Below, piece after piece: positions 45,485-54,953 of a DNA stretch of 64,000 nucleotides. Numbering within the stretch: the first letter of the stretch is position 1; every line of letters begins with the position of its first letter. The DNA is taken from assembly GCA_047974845.1 (NCBI GenBank), contig JBKECQ010000041.1, positions 37,314 through 101,313 on the forward strand. The letters are read 5' to 3'. A model generated the notes under the pieces. That model had not been told where the DNA came from, made no database searches, and worked only from the letters and a program-made list of their open reading frames with translations. The DNA is from Aminipila sp. (lineage in GTDB: Bacteria > Bacillota > Clostridia > Peptostreptococcales > Anaerovoracaceae). The translations under genes and the position numbers were made by a program.

Positions 45485-46210
45485 ATGTATATAAGATCAG
45501 TAAAGAGAGCAGAAAATGAAATAATAGAAGGCTATGAGTATTTGTCTGAAATTCCATCAATTCAAAATTTAACAGAGTTAGAATTTAAAAAACCGGTTAC
45601 CTTTTTTATTGGAGAAAATGGAAGTGGCAAATCTACTTTAATGGAAGCTGTGGCTGTAAATTATGGTTTTAATCCTGAAGGCGGAACGAAAAACTTTAAC
45701 TTTTCAACAAGGGAAACACATTCTGGGTTATATGATGTTATAACTCTTGTAAAAAGTCCGTTTAGACCCAATGATGGCTTTTTTCTCAGAGCAGAAAGCT
45801 TTTACAATGTGGCTACTGTAGTTGAAGAGGTTGCCTCACGGGGCAGCAGAGGGTATGAGGATTGGGGCGGAAAATCGTTGCATGAACAATCACACGGGGA
45901 AAGTTTTTTGGCTCTAGTTCAGAATAGGTTCAAAGGACATGGATTGTATCTTTTAGACGAACCGGAAGCGGCACTTTCACCATCAAGACAGCTTTCACTT
46001 ATTGCTTTAATTCATCAGCTGGTACAAAAAAATTCTCAGGTGATTATAGCTACACATTCCCCTATTTTAATGGCATACCCAATGGCTGAGATATTTCATT
46101 TTGGGGAAAAAGGAATACAAAAGGTAGCATATGAGGAAACTGAGCATTTTAATATTACAAGAGATTTCCTAGAGAATCCTAAAAGAATGTTAGATATATT
46201 AATGGAGTAG
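45485..46210 (+). CDS. Stand-alone ABC/SMC-like AAA ATPase (COG3910-like)
   Basis: Walker A GENGSGKST, Q-loop/signature-like SHGESF, Walker B LYLLDEPEAALSP and H-loop ATHSPIL. No TM partner. Confidence 0.75.
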   Translation: MYIRSVKRAENEIIEGYEYLSEIPSIQNLTELEFKKPVTFFIGENGSGKSTLMEAVAVNYGFNPEGGTKNFNFSTRETHSGLYDVITLVKSPFRPNDGFFLRAESFYNVATVVEEVASRGSRGYEDWGGKSLHEQSHGESFLALVQNRFKGHGLYLLDEPEAALSPSRQLSLIALIHQLVQKNSQVIIATHSPILMAYPMAEIFHFGEKGIQKVAYEETEHFNITRDFLENPKRMLDILME

Positions 46211-46212
46211 AG

Positions 46213-46256
46213 ATTTTATGATATAATGACTGCAAAGGCAGTCATTATATAGATTG
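46213..46256. repeat. Copy 3 of the 3-copy palindromic intergenic element (perfect 13-bp arms)
   Basis: ATATAATGACTGC-aaag-GCAGTCATTATAT at 46221-46250, preceded by TTTTATG and followed by AGATTG. It starts 3 nt after the ATPase stop and ends 29 nt before the nnrE ATG. Confidence 0.85.
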
Positions 46257-46284
46257 AAAATAATTTAATTAAAGGTAGGTAAAT

Positions 46285-46992
46285 ATGCATAATTCACTTA
46301 TGGAAAGTGTGACTTGTGAGGAAATGAAAGAAATTGAGAGAAAAGCAAGTCTATCAGGAATAAGCTATTCTAAAATGATGGAAAATGCAGGTTGTGCAGC
46401 AGTGGACGTTATTTTATCTAAGGTAGGGTTAGATAAAAAGCAAGGAGTTTGCCAAAGTAAGGCGGGAGCTTCTTTTGATGCGATTATTTTTTGCGGCAAA
46501 GGTAATAATGGTGGCGATGGCTATGTAGTAGCTAGAGAATTAGCGTTGCTTGGTATGAATGTTTCAGTTGTAATGGTGGAGGGAAATCCGAGAACTGAAG
46601 AAGCCATAGCAAATGCAAATATTGTTCTTAGGAGAGGCATACCTGTTATTGATGCAAAAGAATATTTTGAAGACATTCCTGAAATCCTTGAAGCCTCTGA
46701 ACTGGTTGTTGATGCTATATATGGTACAGGATTCCATGGTGAGTTTAAGAAAACCGTTAGAAAATGTACAAAATTAATTAATGAACAGCGAGACAGAAAC
46801 ATTGCAGGCATAAAAAAACATATCTTTTCTTTGGACATACCCTCGGGCTTGAATGGGGATACCGGAGAACAAGAAAAAGATTCTGTTATTGCTGATTATA
46901 CAATAGCATTTCATAGGGCAAAGCCTGTTCATACCATGGATGAAGCAAAGGCTCACTGCGGGGAAATCGTAGTTGTTGATATAGGAATATAA
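46285..46992 (+). CDS. nnrE: NAD(P)H-hydrate epimerase (YjeF N-terminal domain only)
   Basis: The GKGNNGGDGYVVAR and DAIYGTGF motifs are present. There is no fused C-terminal dehydratase domain. Confidence 0.85.
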   Translation: MHNSLMESVTCEEMKEIERKASLSGISYSKMMENAGCAAVDVILSKVGLDKKQGVCQSKAGASFDAIIFCGKGNNGGDGYVVARELALLGMNVSVVMVEGNPRTEEAIANANIVLRRGIPVIDAKEYFEDIPEILEASELVVDAIYGTGFHGEFKKTVRKCTKLINEQRDRNIAGIKKHIFSLDIPSGLNGDTGEQEKDSVIADYTIAFHRAKPVHTMDEAKAHCGEIVVVDIGI

Positions 46993-47022
46993 AAAAAGAT
47001 ACTTGAATAAACTTAAATAAGC

Positions 47023-47070
47023 AAGGTACGTAATCGCTAAAATGACAAGCAAATTACGTACCTTTTATTT
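47023..47070 (+). terminator. Intrinsic terminator
   Basis: AAGGTACGTAAT...ATTACGTACCTT followed by TTATTT. Confidence 0.75.
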
Positions 47071-47321
47071 GTGGTCTCATTTACACGTCTAACTTTATAT
47101 ACAAATTATAATTATTGTTCTGTCAATTATAAAAAATAGTCACAGGATATAGGTATATATTTGTTTGTACAATAACCGGAAATAAAGTAATAGAGTGAAA
47201 TTTGGAATTAGTTATGATATAATATTTTCACATTTGTATGATGTTTTTGCTGTAATCATACTAATTAAAATAACAAAAACTTAGTTGTGATAAGTGTTTT
47301 ACTAGAGGGGCAATATGCTAA

Positions 47322-48290
47322 ATGAGTTTAATGCCGTTTGTGTGTTTGGGTGTAGGCTTAATAATAAGCTTTAGGCAGTTATCAGAAAAATTTCTAAAAG
47401 GTGTTGATATAATAATAAACATTGCATTAATAATTTTAATGGTAACTATTGGTATGAACATAGGGATTAATGAGTCTGTTATGTCTAACTTAGCTACAAT
47501 AGGAGTTAATTGTGTAGTAATATCGCTACTTGCAATCTCTTTTAGTGTGTTATTCGTGTTTTTAGTAGAAAAAACTATATTGCCACTTTCGGCTTTGCAA
47601 GAAAAACTCTACTCTGAAAATCTTGATGTGAGCAATGAAGTGGATATAAAGGAAGAAGAGGGAAAGAAAACTTCTCCATTGGTGTGGATAATGCCGGCCA
47701 GCATAGTGGCAGGCGTGTTAACAGGTGTATTATTGCTTAAAGAATCCATAGCTCCGTATCTTGATTATAGCTTGTATGGGTCATTGGTATTGCTGTACAC
47801 AGGGGTAGGTATAAGCCTTGGAAATAATAGAAAAGTATTTGGTTACATAAAGATTTTAGGGTTTAAAATCATTTATATCTCTATTGCAATTTTTTTAGGG
47901 AGTTTAACAGGTGGCTTTATTGCGGGATTAGTGATGGGTGTGCCGTTAAATATTTCAATGGCTGCTGCCGGAGGTATGAGCTACTATAGCATTACAGGGG
48001 CATATATGACTCAGGCTTTTGGCATTGAGGCAGGAACTTATGGCTTTATTGTTAATGTTATGAGAGAATTTTTTACAGTGTTGATACTACCACTACTTAT
48101 TAAAATCAGTAAGGGTAGCCCTATTGCAGGAGGGGCAGCCGGAAACATGGACACTATGTTAGTTCCCGTAACAAAATTTGTTGGTGCTGAATTAGGCTTA
48201 GTGGCATTAATAACCGGAGTAATTCTTACATTTTTTGTTCCTTTTGAGCTACCGATTTTATGTAATATAATTAGTGGACTTATACACTAG
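47322..48290 (+). CDS. LysO/DUF340-family membrane protein (fused short and long DUF340 modules)
   Basis: A multi-TM protein. The C-terminal part (GGMSYYSITGAYMTQ...REFFTVLILPLL) resembles lysine-exporter LysO family proteins. Confidence 0.55.
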   Translation: MSLMPFVCLGVGLIISFRQLSEKFLKGVDIIINIALIILMVTIGMNIGINESVMSNLATIGVNCVVISLLAISFSVLFVFLVEKTILPLSALQEKLYSENLDVSNEVDIKEEEGKKTSPLVWIMPASIVAGVLTGVLLLKESIAPYLDYSLYGSLVLLYTGVGISLGNNRKVFGYIKILGFKIIYISIAIFLGSLTGGFIAGLVMGVPLNISMAAAGGMSYYSITGAYMTQAFGIEAGTYGFIVNVMREFFTVLILPLLIKISKGSPIAGGAAGNMDTMLVPVTKFVGAELGLVALITGVILTFFVPFELPILCNIISGLIH

Positions 48291-48314
48291 AGATAATCAG
48301 TTGGGGAGAAACAA

Positions 48315-49895
48315 ATGAAGAGAAAAATTTGCTTATTTTTGGTTATTTGTTTATTAATAATGGTAGCTACAGCCTGCAATGATAAAAATGAGCCAAAGGA
48401 TAACAATAAAGAGTCTGCTATTTGGTCAGAGGCAGATAAAGTAGTGAAAGAGAAAATTATACCGCAGTATAAAAAATATGGGTTAGATATTGTAGAGTAT
48501 GAAATTACCAATGTTGAATTAGCTGCCAAGATACCGTACAGCGGTGGTGGTGGGTTTGATTTTTATGAAGTTGGGTTTAAACTTAAACCTAAAATAAGTA
48601 AGCAAGTTGCACAGGCTGAAAAATTATATGGGATTAAACTAATAACAGACAGCCAAGGATGGATTGTTCAAGAGACAAAAAATAAGGGTGTAGATGATAG
48701 AAAATTATTTTTATCAGTTTATAGCAACAACGATAGTTTGTGTGAATTTAGAACGTACAAGGGTACTGATTTTAATCAACCGATTAAAGAGGGAAAATAT
48801 AATAATGAGGCTTTTGAAAGTATGGTGAAATATATATACGAAGAAATGAGCCAATTACCTATAGAACCCGAATATAGTTTTAAAATAGATAATAAAAGCA
48901 TTTCATTGGGAGAAAATTTAAAGGGAGAGCTATTCTTAGAAAATACTCAACTTGAAAGAAAAGGTACTGAGGATTTGATGTATATATTAGCAGGTTATAG
49001 AGAAATCCAAAAATCAAATAAACTTTCAATAGAGACATATGGATATTTTGAAAATTATTATGAGCCTGTAACTTCTATGTTTACAGAGAATAGCAGTGTA
49101 GAGACAATGAGAGGAATCAAGGTTGGCGATCCGGAAAGTAAACTGTTTGAAGTTTATGGAGAGGATAACTTAGTATTTTCAAGTGAATCGTATGGAGGAG
49201 AAAGCTTTAACAGCTTTGCAAAAAAAGAAAATTTAATTTCAGAGGAACTGGTTTGCTATGGGTATACAGGAGACGATGAAACACAATACTATATTGCTTT
49301 TTTTGTAAAAGATGGAGTAGTATGTTCTATAGAAATGGGTTCAGGAATGGACTACAAACCGTTTAAAAAGGAAGTGGGGCAATACATATTTCAGGTTGAG
49401 GATTTAATCAATGAACATATAGATGAAGCTAATATTATGAAATACGATGTAAAACTGCCTAGAGTAAAAGAGACTACGGTGGGGAGTGAAAGCCTAAATC
49501 TAATAATTCAAAATGATTTTGAAAGAATTGTAGCATTTTCTGAAAACGGAAAGTTTGAACCTATGGATATAGGATACGCTTACCCTTGGGTTCAAATAGA
49601 GTATAGCGTAAGTAATGTAGGATATGTGGCAATATTAAATGTATTTAGCACATACTCATCTGCTTTAGGCTCCGGAGCCGACAAGTATTTAAATTCATAT
49701 TATTATGATACTACCTGTGGTGCCAGAATGTCTAAAGAGGCGGCGCTTTATAAATTAGGTTATTCAAAAGAAGCTTTAGAAGAATATTTTAAATTTAAAG
49801 AGCCGGAGCTATTTAAAACTCTGGGAAAAGAAAACTGTAAGTTGGAAAATATTGCATTTTATTTTAGTAAAACAGGGGAGCCTAGAGTGTTGTAA
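48315..49895 (+). CDS. Lipoprotein of unknown function (526 aa)
   Basis: Lipobox VATAC-N after the hydrophobic signal MKRKICLFLVICLLIM, and an RBS GGGGAG. No family recognised. Confidence 0.65.
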   Translation: MKRKICLFLVICLLIMVATACNDKNEPKDNNKESAIWSEADKVVKEKIIPQYKKYGLDIVEYEITNVELAAKIPYSGGGGFDFYEVGFKLKPKISKQVAQAEKLYGIKLITDSQGWIVQETKNKGVDDRKLFLSVYSNNDSLCEFRTYKGTDFNQPIKEGKYNNEAFESMVKYIYEEMSQLPIEPEYSFKIDNKSISLGENLKGELFLENTQLERKGTEDLMYILAGYREIQKSNKLSIETYGYFENYYEPVTSMFTENSSVETMRGIKVGDPESKLFEVYGEDNLVFSSESYGGESFNSFAKKENLISEELVCYGYTGDDETQYYIAFFVKDGVVCSIEMGSGMDYKPFKKEVGQYIFQVEDLINEHIDEANIMKYDVKLPRVKETTVGSESLNLIIQNDFERIVAFSENGKFEPMDIGYAYPWVQIEYSVSNVGYVAILNVFSTYSSALGSGADKYLNSYYYDTTCGARMSKEAALYKLGYSKEALEEYFKFKEPELFKTLGKENCKLENIAFYFSKTGEPRVL

Positions 49896-49997
49896 CTTTT
49901 GCAAGGTGTTAAATAGCTCTTGAAGCTATAATCACCGCTTAGTTGACATCACCTGACTTTTATGGAAGTAATAGTTTTAAAAGCTATGGGGGAAAAA

Positions 49998-51428
49998 ATG
50001 AAGAAATTTAAGGGGAAGAGATTAATTGTATGGTTTTTAATTACTGTGGTAGTTTTGTGCAATACAGCATTTGCTTTTGCAGAATCAAATGACCATGAAG
50101 AGTTTAAGGTTGTAGGATATTATTCAGGTGACTTATTTAATGAACCTGTAGAAAAATTACAAACGGATAAAATGACACATATTATGTATGCGTTTCTTAT
50201 ACCAAATGAAGACGGAACCATTAAACCTTTAGAAAATCCAGAGCAACTATCGGCAGTAGTGTCAAAGGCTCATAGTGATGGTTGTAAAGTATTTATAGCT
50301 TTAGGCGGCTGGTCATATGAGGGAAAACCTCTTTCAGGAACCTTTGATAAGGTTGCGGCAGATGACAAGCTTAGAGAGAAGCTTATGGATAGTGTTGTAA
50401 ACTTTACAATAAAAAATAAGATTGATGGAGTGGAAATCGATTGGGAATATCCAAATGAAAGCAATTTGGCTAACTATGAGAAACTAGTGGTAGGTCTTTC
50501 TGAAAGATTAAAAGCAAATGGGAAAGAACTTACAGCCGCACTTAGCGGGGCTTGGTCTAAAACTCAAGGACCCGGGGTATCACAGCTTATAACTGATAAA
50601 TGCTTAAATTCATTTGACTTTATAAATGTTATGGCATATGACATGAATAATGGAGAGCATAGTCCCCTTTGGTTTGCAAATACATCAATAGAATATTGGC
50701 TAAATAGAGGTGTACCTGCTAATAAAATAGTATTAGGACTGCCTTTATATGCAAGACCCAGCTGGATGCAATACAGACATTTGGTTGAACAAGATAAAAG
50801 TAATGCATATAAGGATTATGTAGCAACCATACCTAATGAGTCATATTACAACAGCTTAAGAACATTAAGGGAAAAAACTAATATTGCCATTAAAAAGGCT
50901 GGTGGTGTTATGTTTTTTGATGTAAATGAGGATGTAGACTATAGAAACAGTGAACTGGCTAAATACAGTGCAGTTTCAACAGTATATGATTCAGTTAAGA
51001 ACGCAAAGGGTTTAACCCAGGCGGAAAAGAAAAATTTTGTTACAGTAGTTTTAAATAATGAGTTAGTCGTATTTAATAAGCAATCAGGTATGGGAGTACC
51101 TTATTTAGATGAAAATCACAGAACTTTGGTTCCCATGAGGAAATTGTTAGAAACTATTGGTGCAAAAATACAATGGGACAATCAGACTAAAACCGTAACA
51201 GCATCAAAATTGTTGCCGGCAACAAATGAGTATCCGGCAGGTAAGAATGTAGTTGTTAATGTAACTATTGGAGATAAATTTATTACTGCCAATGGAAAAC
51301 GTATAGATATTGATACGAAGGCAGTCATGAAGGATGGAAGGACTTATATTCCGGTAAGAGCTGTTTTAGAAGCTTTTGGATATGATTTATCATGGAATGA
51401 TGCCGGAAGTGTAGTATATATACAATAA
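49998..51428 (+). CDS. Secreted GH18 chitinase-like hydrolase with a C-terminal copper-amine-oxidase-N-like domain
   Basis: A signal peptide from the ATG at 49998, the catalytic motif DGVEIDWEYP, and the C-terminal VP...........VPMR...E..GA...WD..TKTVT...GRTYIPVRAVLEAFG. Confidence 0.85.
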   Translation: MKKFKGKRLIVWFLITVVVLCNTAFAFAESNDHEEFKVVGYYSGDLFNEPVEKLQTDKMTHIMYAFLIPNEDGTIKPLENPEQLSAVVSKAHSDGCKVFIALGGWSYEGKPLSGTFDKVAADDKLREKLMDSVVNFTIKNKIDGVEIDWEYPNESNLANYEKLVVGLSERLKANGKELTAALSGAWSKTQGPGVSQLITDKCLNSFDFINVMAYDMNNGEHSPLWFANTSIEYWLNRGVPANKIVLGLPLYARPSWMQYRHLVEQDKSNAYKDYVATIPNESYYNSLRTLREKTNIAIKKAGGVMFFDVNEDVDYRNSELAKYSAVSTVYDSVKNAKGLTQAEKKNFVTVVLNNELVVFNKQSGMGVPYLDENHRTLVPMRKLLETIGAKIQWDNQTKTVTASKLLPATNEYPAGKNVVVNVTIGDKFITANGKRIDIDTKAVMKDGRTYIPVRAVLEAFGYDLSWNDAGSVVYIQ

Positions 51429-51557
51429 AAGAGATAAATCAAGCTAAAAAGATAAAGTTGTTTGCATACACTCTATACAGTTAGATTAAAATATATAGTA
51501 GATTAAGAGTAAATTTTAAATATTATATATCTTAGTTGATTAAAGGGGTGTGTTTGT

Positions 51558-52022
51558 ATGAAAAATATAAAATCATTAGCTATATTTATAGCGATTCCGT
51601 TGATACTTGGAGGAATTTCCGCACTGATTTCTGGGGGAAATGCAGAACTATATAGTTCTATTGTTTTACCTAAATTTGCTCCTCCATCGTATATTTTTCC
51701 AATAGCATGGACAATTCTCTACATTTTGATGGGAATATCATCGTTTTTGATTTATAAGTCCTCATCGCCTTATAGAAAAGAAGCATTAAAGATTTATGTT
51801 ATTCAGCTTTTAGTTAATTTTATTTGGTCTCCTATATTTTTTGGCGCACAAATGTATGGTTTAGCTTTTATAGTTTTAATACTGCTGTGGGTTTTAGTAG
51901 CATTGATGATAATAAAGTTTTATGAAGTTGAGCCTTGTGCGGCGTACTTACAAATTCCGTACTTTTTATGGTTGACATTTGCCGGATATCTAAACTTATT
52001 CGTATACTTATTAAACAGATGA
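51558..52022 (+). CDS. tspO: TspO/MBR family tryptophan-rich sensory protein
   Basis: Five TMs, with PP..IFPIAWTILYILMG and W-rich motifs typical of TspO. Confidence 0.85.
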   Translation: MKNIKSLAIFIAIPLILGGISALISGGNAELYSSIVLPKFAPPSYIFPIAWTILYILMGISSFLIYKSSSPYRKEALKIYVIQLLVNFIWSPIFFGAQMYGLAFIVLILLWVLVALMIIKFYEVEPCAAYLQIPYFLWLTFAGYLNLFVYLLNR

Positions 52023-52079
52023 GATATTTTACCGATGAAAAAATTCAGTTAAGGAAAATAATTTGTAGAATTAGCTGAA

Positions 52080-53474
52080 ATGGAGAGAACAATGGAAAAA
52101 AACAAAGAAATTGAAAGTCAAGGAAATAAACTTGGTACAGAGAAAATAGGAAAACTGATAATTAGTATGGCAGCTCCTGCTGTTGTAGCTCAACTGGTAA
52201 ATGTACTATATAACATTATAGATAGGATGTATATTGGAAGAATAGAAGATGTGGGATCTTTGGCATTAACCGGTTTAGGTGTATGTTTTCCTATTATTAC
52301 CCTAATTTCTGCTTTTAGCGCTTTTGTTGGTGCAGGAGGTGCCCCTTTAGCAGCTATACAGATGGGAAAACAAAACTATGATGAGGCAGAACGTATACTG
52401 GGAAATAGCGTTTCTGCGTTATTAGCACTGACTGTAGTTCTTACTACATTCTTTTATTATTTTAAGGAACCTTTTTTATATGCATTTGGAGGAAGTAATG
52501 ACACCATTTATTACTCTTTACAATATTTAGACACATATTTATTTGGAACTATATTTGTACTTATCTCGTTAGGACTAAATATGTTCATTACTTGTCAAGG
52601 TAACTCGAAAGTTGCAATGTTATCAGTCTTAATCGGTGCAATTGTAAACATTGTATTAGATCCTATTTTTATTTTTGGATTTAATATGGGAGTAAAGGGT
52701 GCGGCGCTTGCAACTATTATCTCACAAGCGTGTAGTGCAATTTGGGTAATAAGATTTTTGACTTCCTCAAAATCAACAATAAGAATAAAAGCTAAGAATT
52801 TGAAAATAAAACCTAAGGTTTTAGCAGGGATTGCGGCATTGGGGATTTCTCCTTTTATAATGCAATCCACAGAGAGCCTAATTACAGTAGCTTTGAATAA
52901 GGGACTTCAAAGCTATGGCGGTGATTTATATGTAGGGGCTATGACTATTATGCAAAGTGTTATGCAAATAATAGTTATTCCTACAATGGGAATAACCCAA
53001 GGAACCCAACCGATTATTAGTTATAATTATGGTGCAAACAATATAGATAGGGTCAGAAGAACCTTTAAATATGTATTGTCAGTGACATTTTGTGTAACTA
53101 CGATTTCTTGTATTGTTACTATGATGTGGCCGGAAGTTTTTGCAATGATATTTACTCCGGATAAGTCATTGATTGAAATTGTAAGTAAAGCAATGCCGAT
53201 TTATATGGCAGGAATCTGGATTTTTGGAGTCCAAATGGCTTGTCAGGCAGCCTTTGTAGGTTTAGGAAAAGCAGGTATTTCACTATTCCTTGCATTGCTT
53301 AGAAAAGTATTTTTGCTTTTACCTTTAGTAGTAATATTACCAAAATCTTTTGGTGTAATGGGTATTTTCTACGCTGAGCCAATTGCAGATATTACAGCAG
53401 CATTAGTGACAGGTGCGCTGTTTTATTTCAGCTTAAGAAAAATAATTAAAAACTCATCAGAAATAAATCTATAA
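52080..53474 (+). CDS. MATE family efflux transporter
   Basis: Twelve TMs and an N-terminal MATE pattern (P....QL.N.LYNI.DR.YIG). An alternative start is the ATG at 52092. Confidence 0.88.
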   Translation: MERTMEKNKEIESQGNKLGTEKIGKLIISMAAPAVVAQLVNVLYNIIDRMYIGRIEDVGSLALTGLGVCFPIITLISAFSAFVGAGGAPLAAIQMGKQNYDEAERILGNSVSALLALTVVLTTFFYYFKEPFLYAFGGSNDTIYYSLQYLDTYLFGTIFVLISLGLNMFITCQGNSKVAMLSVLIGAIVNIVLDPIFIFGFNMGVKGAALATIISQACSAIWVIRFLTSSKSTIRIKAKNLKIKPKVLAGIAALGISPFIMQSTESLITVALNKGLQSYGGDLYVGAMTIMQSVMQIIVIPTMGITQGTQPIISYNYGANNIDRVRRTFKYVLSVTFCVTTISCIVTMMWPEVFAMIFTPDKSLIEIVSKAMPIYMAGIWIFGVQMACQAAFVGLGKAGISLFLALLRKVFLLLPLVVILPKSFGVMGIFYAEPIADITAALVTGALFYFSLRKIIKNSSEINL

Positions 53475-53535
53475 ATAGCTATGGAACAATTTTAGTATTA
53501 ATTTTTAAATTATTAATGGCAAATGGAGATAAAAT

Positions 53536-54864
53536 ATGATTATCAATCTACCAATAGATGTAGAAAATATAATAGAAAAGCTTGAAGGTCAAGGGTTTCA
53601 AGCATATGCAGTTGGAGGATGTATTAGGGATTCTTTATTAGGAAAGAATCCCTATGATTGGGATATTTCTACGTCTGCCAAGCCAAATGAAACCAGAGAA
53701 TGCTTTAAGGACTACAAGGTGCTTGATATAGGTATAAAGCATGGAACCATTACTGTAATAATCAATGATAAACCATATGAAATAACTACTTTTAGAGTTG
53801 ATGGAGAGTATTTGGACAATAGGAGACCCGAAAGTGTCTCATTTGTGAACTCATTGAATCAAGATTTAGCCAGAAGAGATTTCACTGTAAATGCCATGGC
53901 GTATAATACAAGAGAAGGGCTAAAGGATTATTTCCATGGATGTGAAGATTTATCAAAGGGTATTATCAGATGTGTTGGCGCTCCGGACAACAGGTTTCAG
54001 GAGGATGCATTAAGAATAATTCGTGCATTAAGGTTTGCTTCTGTTTTAGGTTTTGAAATAGAAGAGGAAACAAAAAAGGGCATACTGAGAAACCGAGAGC
54101 TTTTAAACTGCGTTGCTAAAGAAAGAATAATGACAGAGCTTAGCAAGCTACTTTTGGGCAAAGATGCAAGCAAGGTTTTGGGACAGTATGCTGATGTAGT
54201 ATCTGTACTCATTCCTGAAATAATTCAAATGGTAGGATTTAATCAAAATAACCCACATCATTTTTTAGATGTATGGCAGCACTCTTTAAGGGCTTTAAAA
54301 TTCTCAAGCGATGATTTAATAACAAGACTAGCCATATTATTTCACGATATTGCAAAGCCAAGATGCTACACTTGTGATGAGAATGGAATTGGACATTTTT
54401 ACGGTCACGCAGAGCACGGTGCTGAAATTGCGAGAAATATTTTGTGCGGTTTAAAGTTTGATGGTCAAACGGTGAATTGCGTATGTCAGTTGATAAAGTT
54501 CCATGATGCCGAGATAAGCCCACAGGAAAAGTTTATAAAAAGGTGGCTAAATAAGATTGGGGAAGAACAACTTAAGAGGCTTATTGATGTTAAAAAAAGC
54601 GATATAATGGCTCAATCAGAACATATGAAGGAACATAAGTCTGAAAAACTCTGTCAAATTGAATATATATTTAATAAAATTTTGATGGAAAAACAATGCT
54701 ATAGTTTGAAAGATTTGGCTGTAAATGGAAATGATTTAAAATGTATCGGAATAGCTGAAGGAAGGGCTATGGGGGAGGTTTTGGATTATCTTTTAGAGCA
54801 GGTAATCGATGGAAATTTAGAAAATAATAAAAACGCATTAATTGAGTCAATTAGAAACAATTAG
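53536..54864 (+). CDS. cca: CCA tRNA nucleotidyltransferase (PolyA_pol head plus HD domain)
   Basis: GGCIRDSLLG, RRDFT.NA and LRFA motifs, then the HD region HH..DVW.H...FHDI.KP. Confidence 0.88.
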   Translation: MIINLPIDVENIIEKLEGQGFQAYAVGGCIRDSLLGKNPYDWDISTSAKPNETRECFKDYKVLDIGIKHGTITVIINDKPYEITTFRVDGEYLDNRRPESVSFVNSLNQDLARRDFTVNAMAYNTREGLKDYFHGCEDLSKGIIRCVGAPDNRFQEDALRIIRALRFASVLGFEIEEETKKGILRNRELLNCVAKERIMTELSKLLLGKDASKVLGQYADVVSVLIPEIIQMVGFNQNNPHHFLDVWQHSLRALKFSSDDLITRLAILFHDIAKPRCYTCDENGIGHFYGHAEHGAEIARNILCGLKFDGQTVNCVCQLIKFHDAEISPQEKFIKRWLNKIGEEQLKRLIDVKKSDIMAQSEHMKEHKSEKLCQIEYIFNKILMEKQCYSLKDLAVNGNDLKCIGIAEGRAMGEVLDYLLEQVIDGNLENNKNALIESIRNN

Positions 54865-54904
54865 GAAATAAACAATGCAAATTTAAAAACTTATGTTATA
54901 ATAT

Positions 54905-54943
54905 ACTTTAATGGGAGCTGTCCCATTAAAGTATTATTTTTTT
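54905..54943 (+). terminator. Hairpin with T-run after cca (also lies just downstream of a TGtTATAAT motif at 54894-54902)
   Basis: ACTTTAATGGGA-gctg-TCCCATTAAAGT followed by ATTATTTTTTT. Confidence 0.7.
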
Positions 54944-54953
54944 GGAGGGGATT

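Noticed and set aside
47070-47321. Lysine riboswitch upstream of the LysO-like gene
   Set aside because: The region is AT-rich with only a TGaTATAAT promoter-like motif (47215-47223). No L-box core or terminator is seen.
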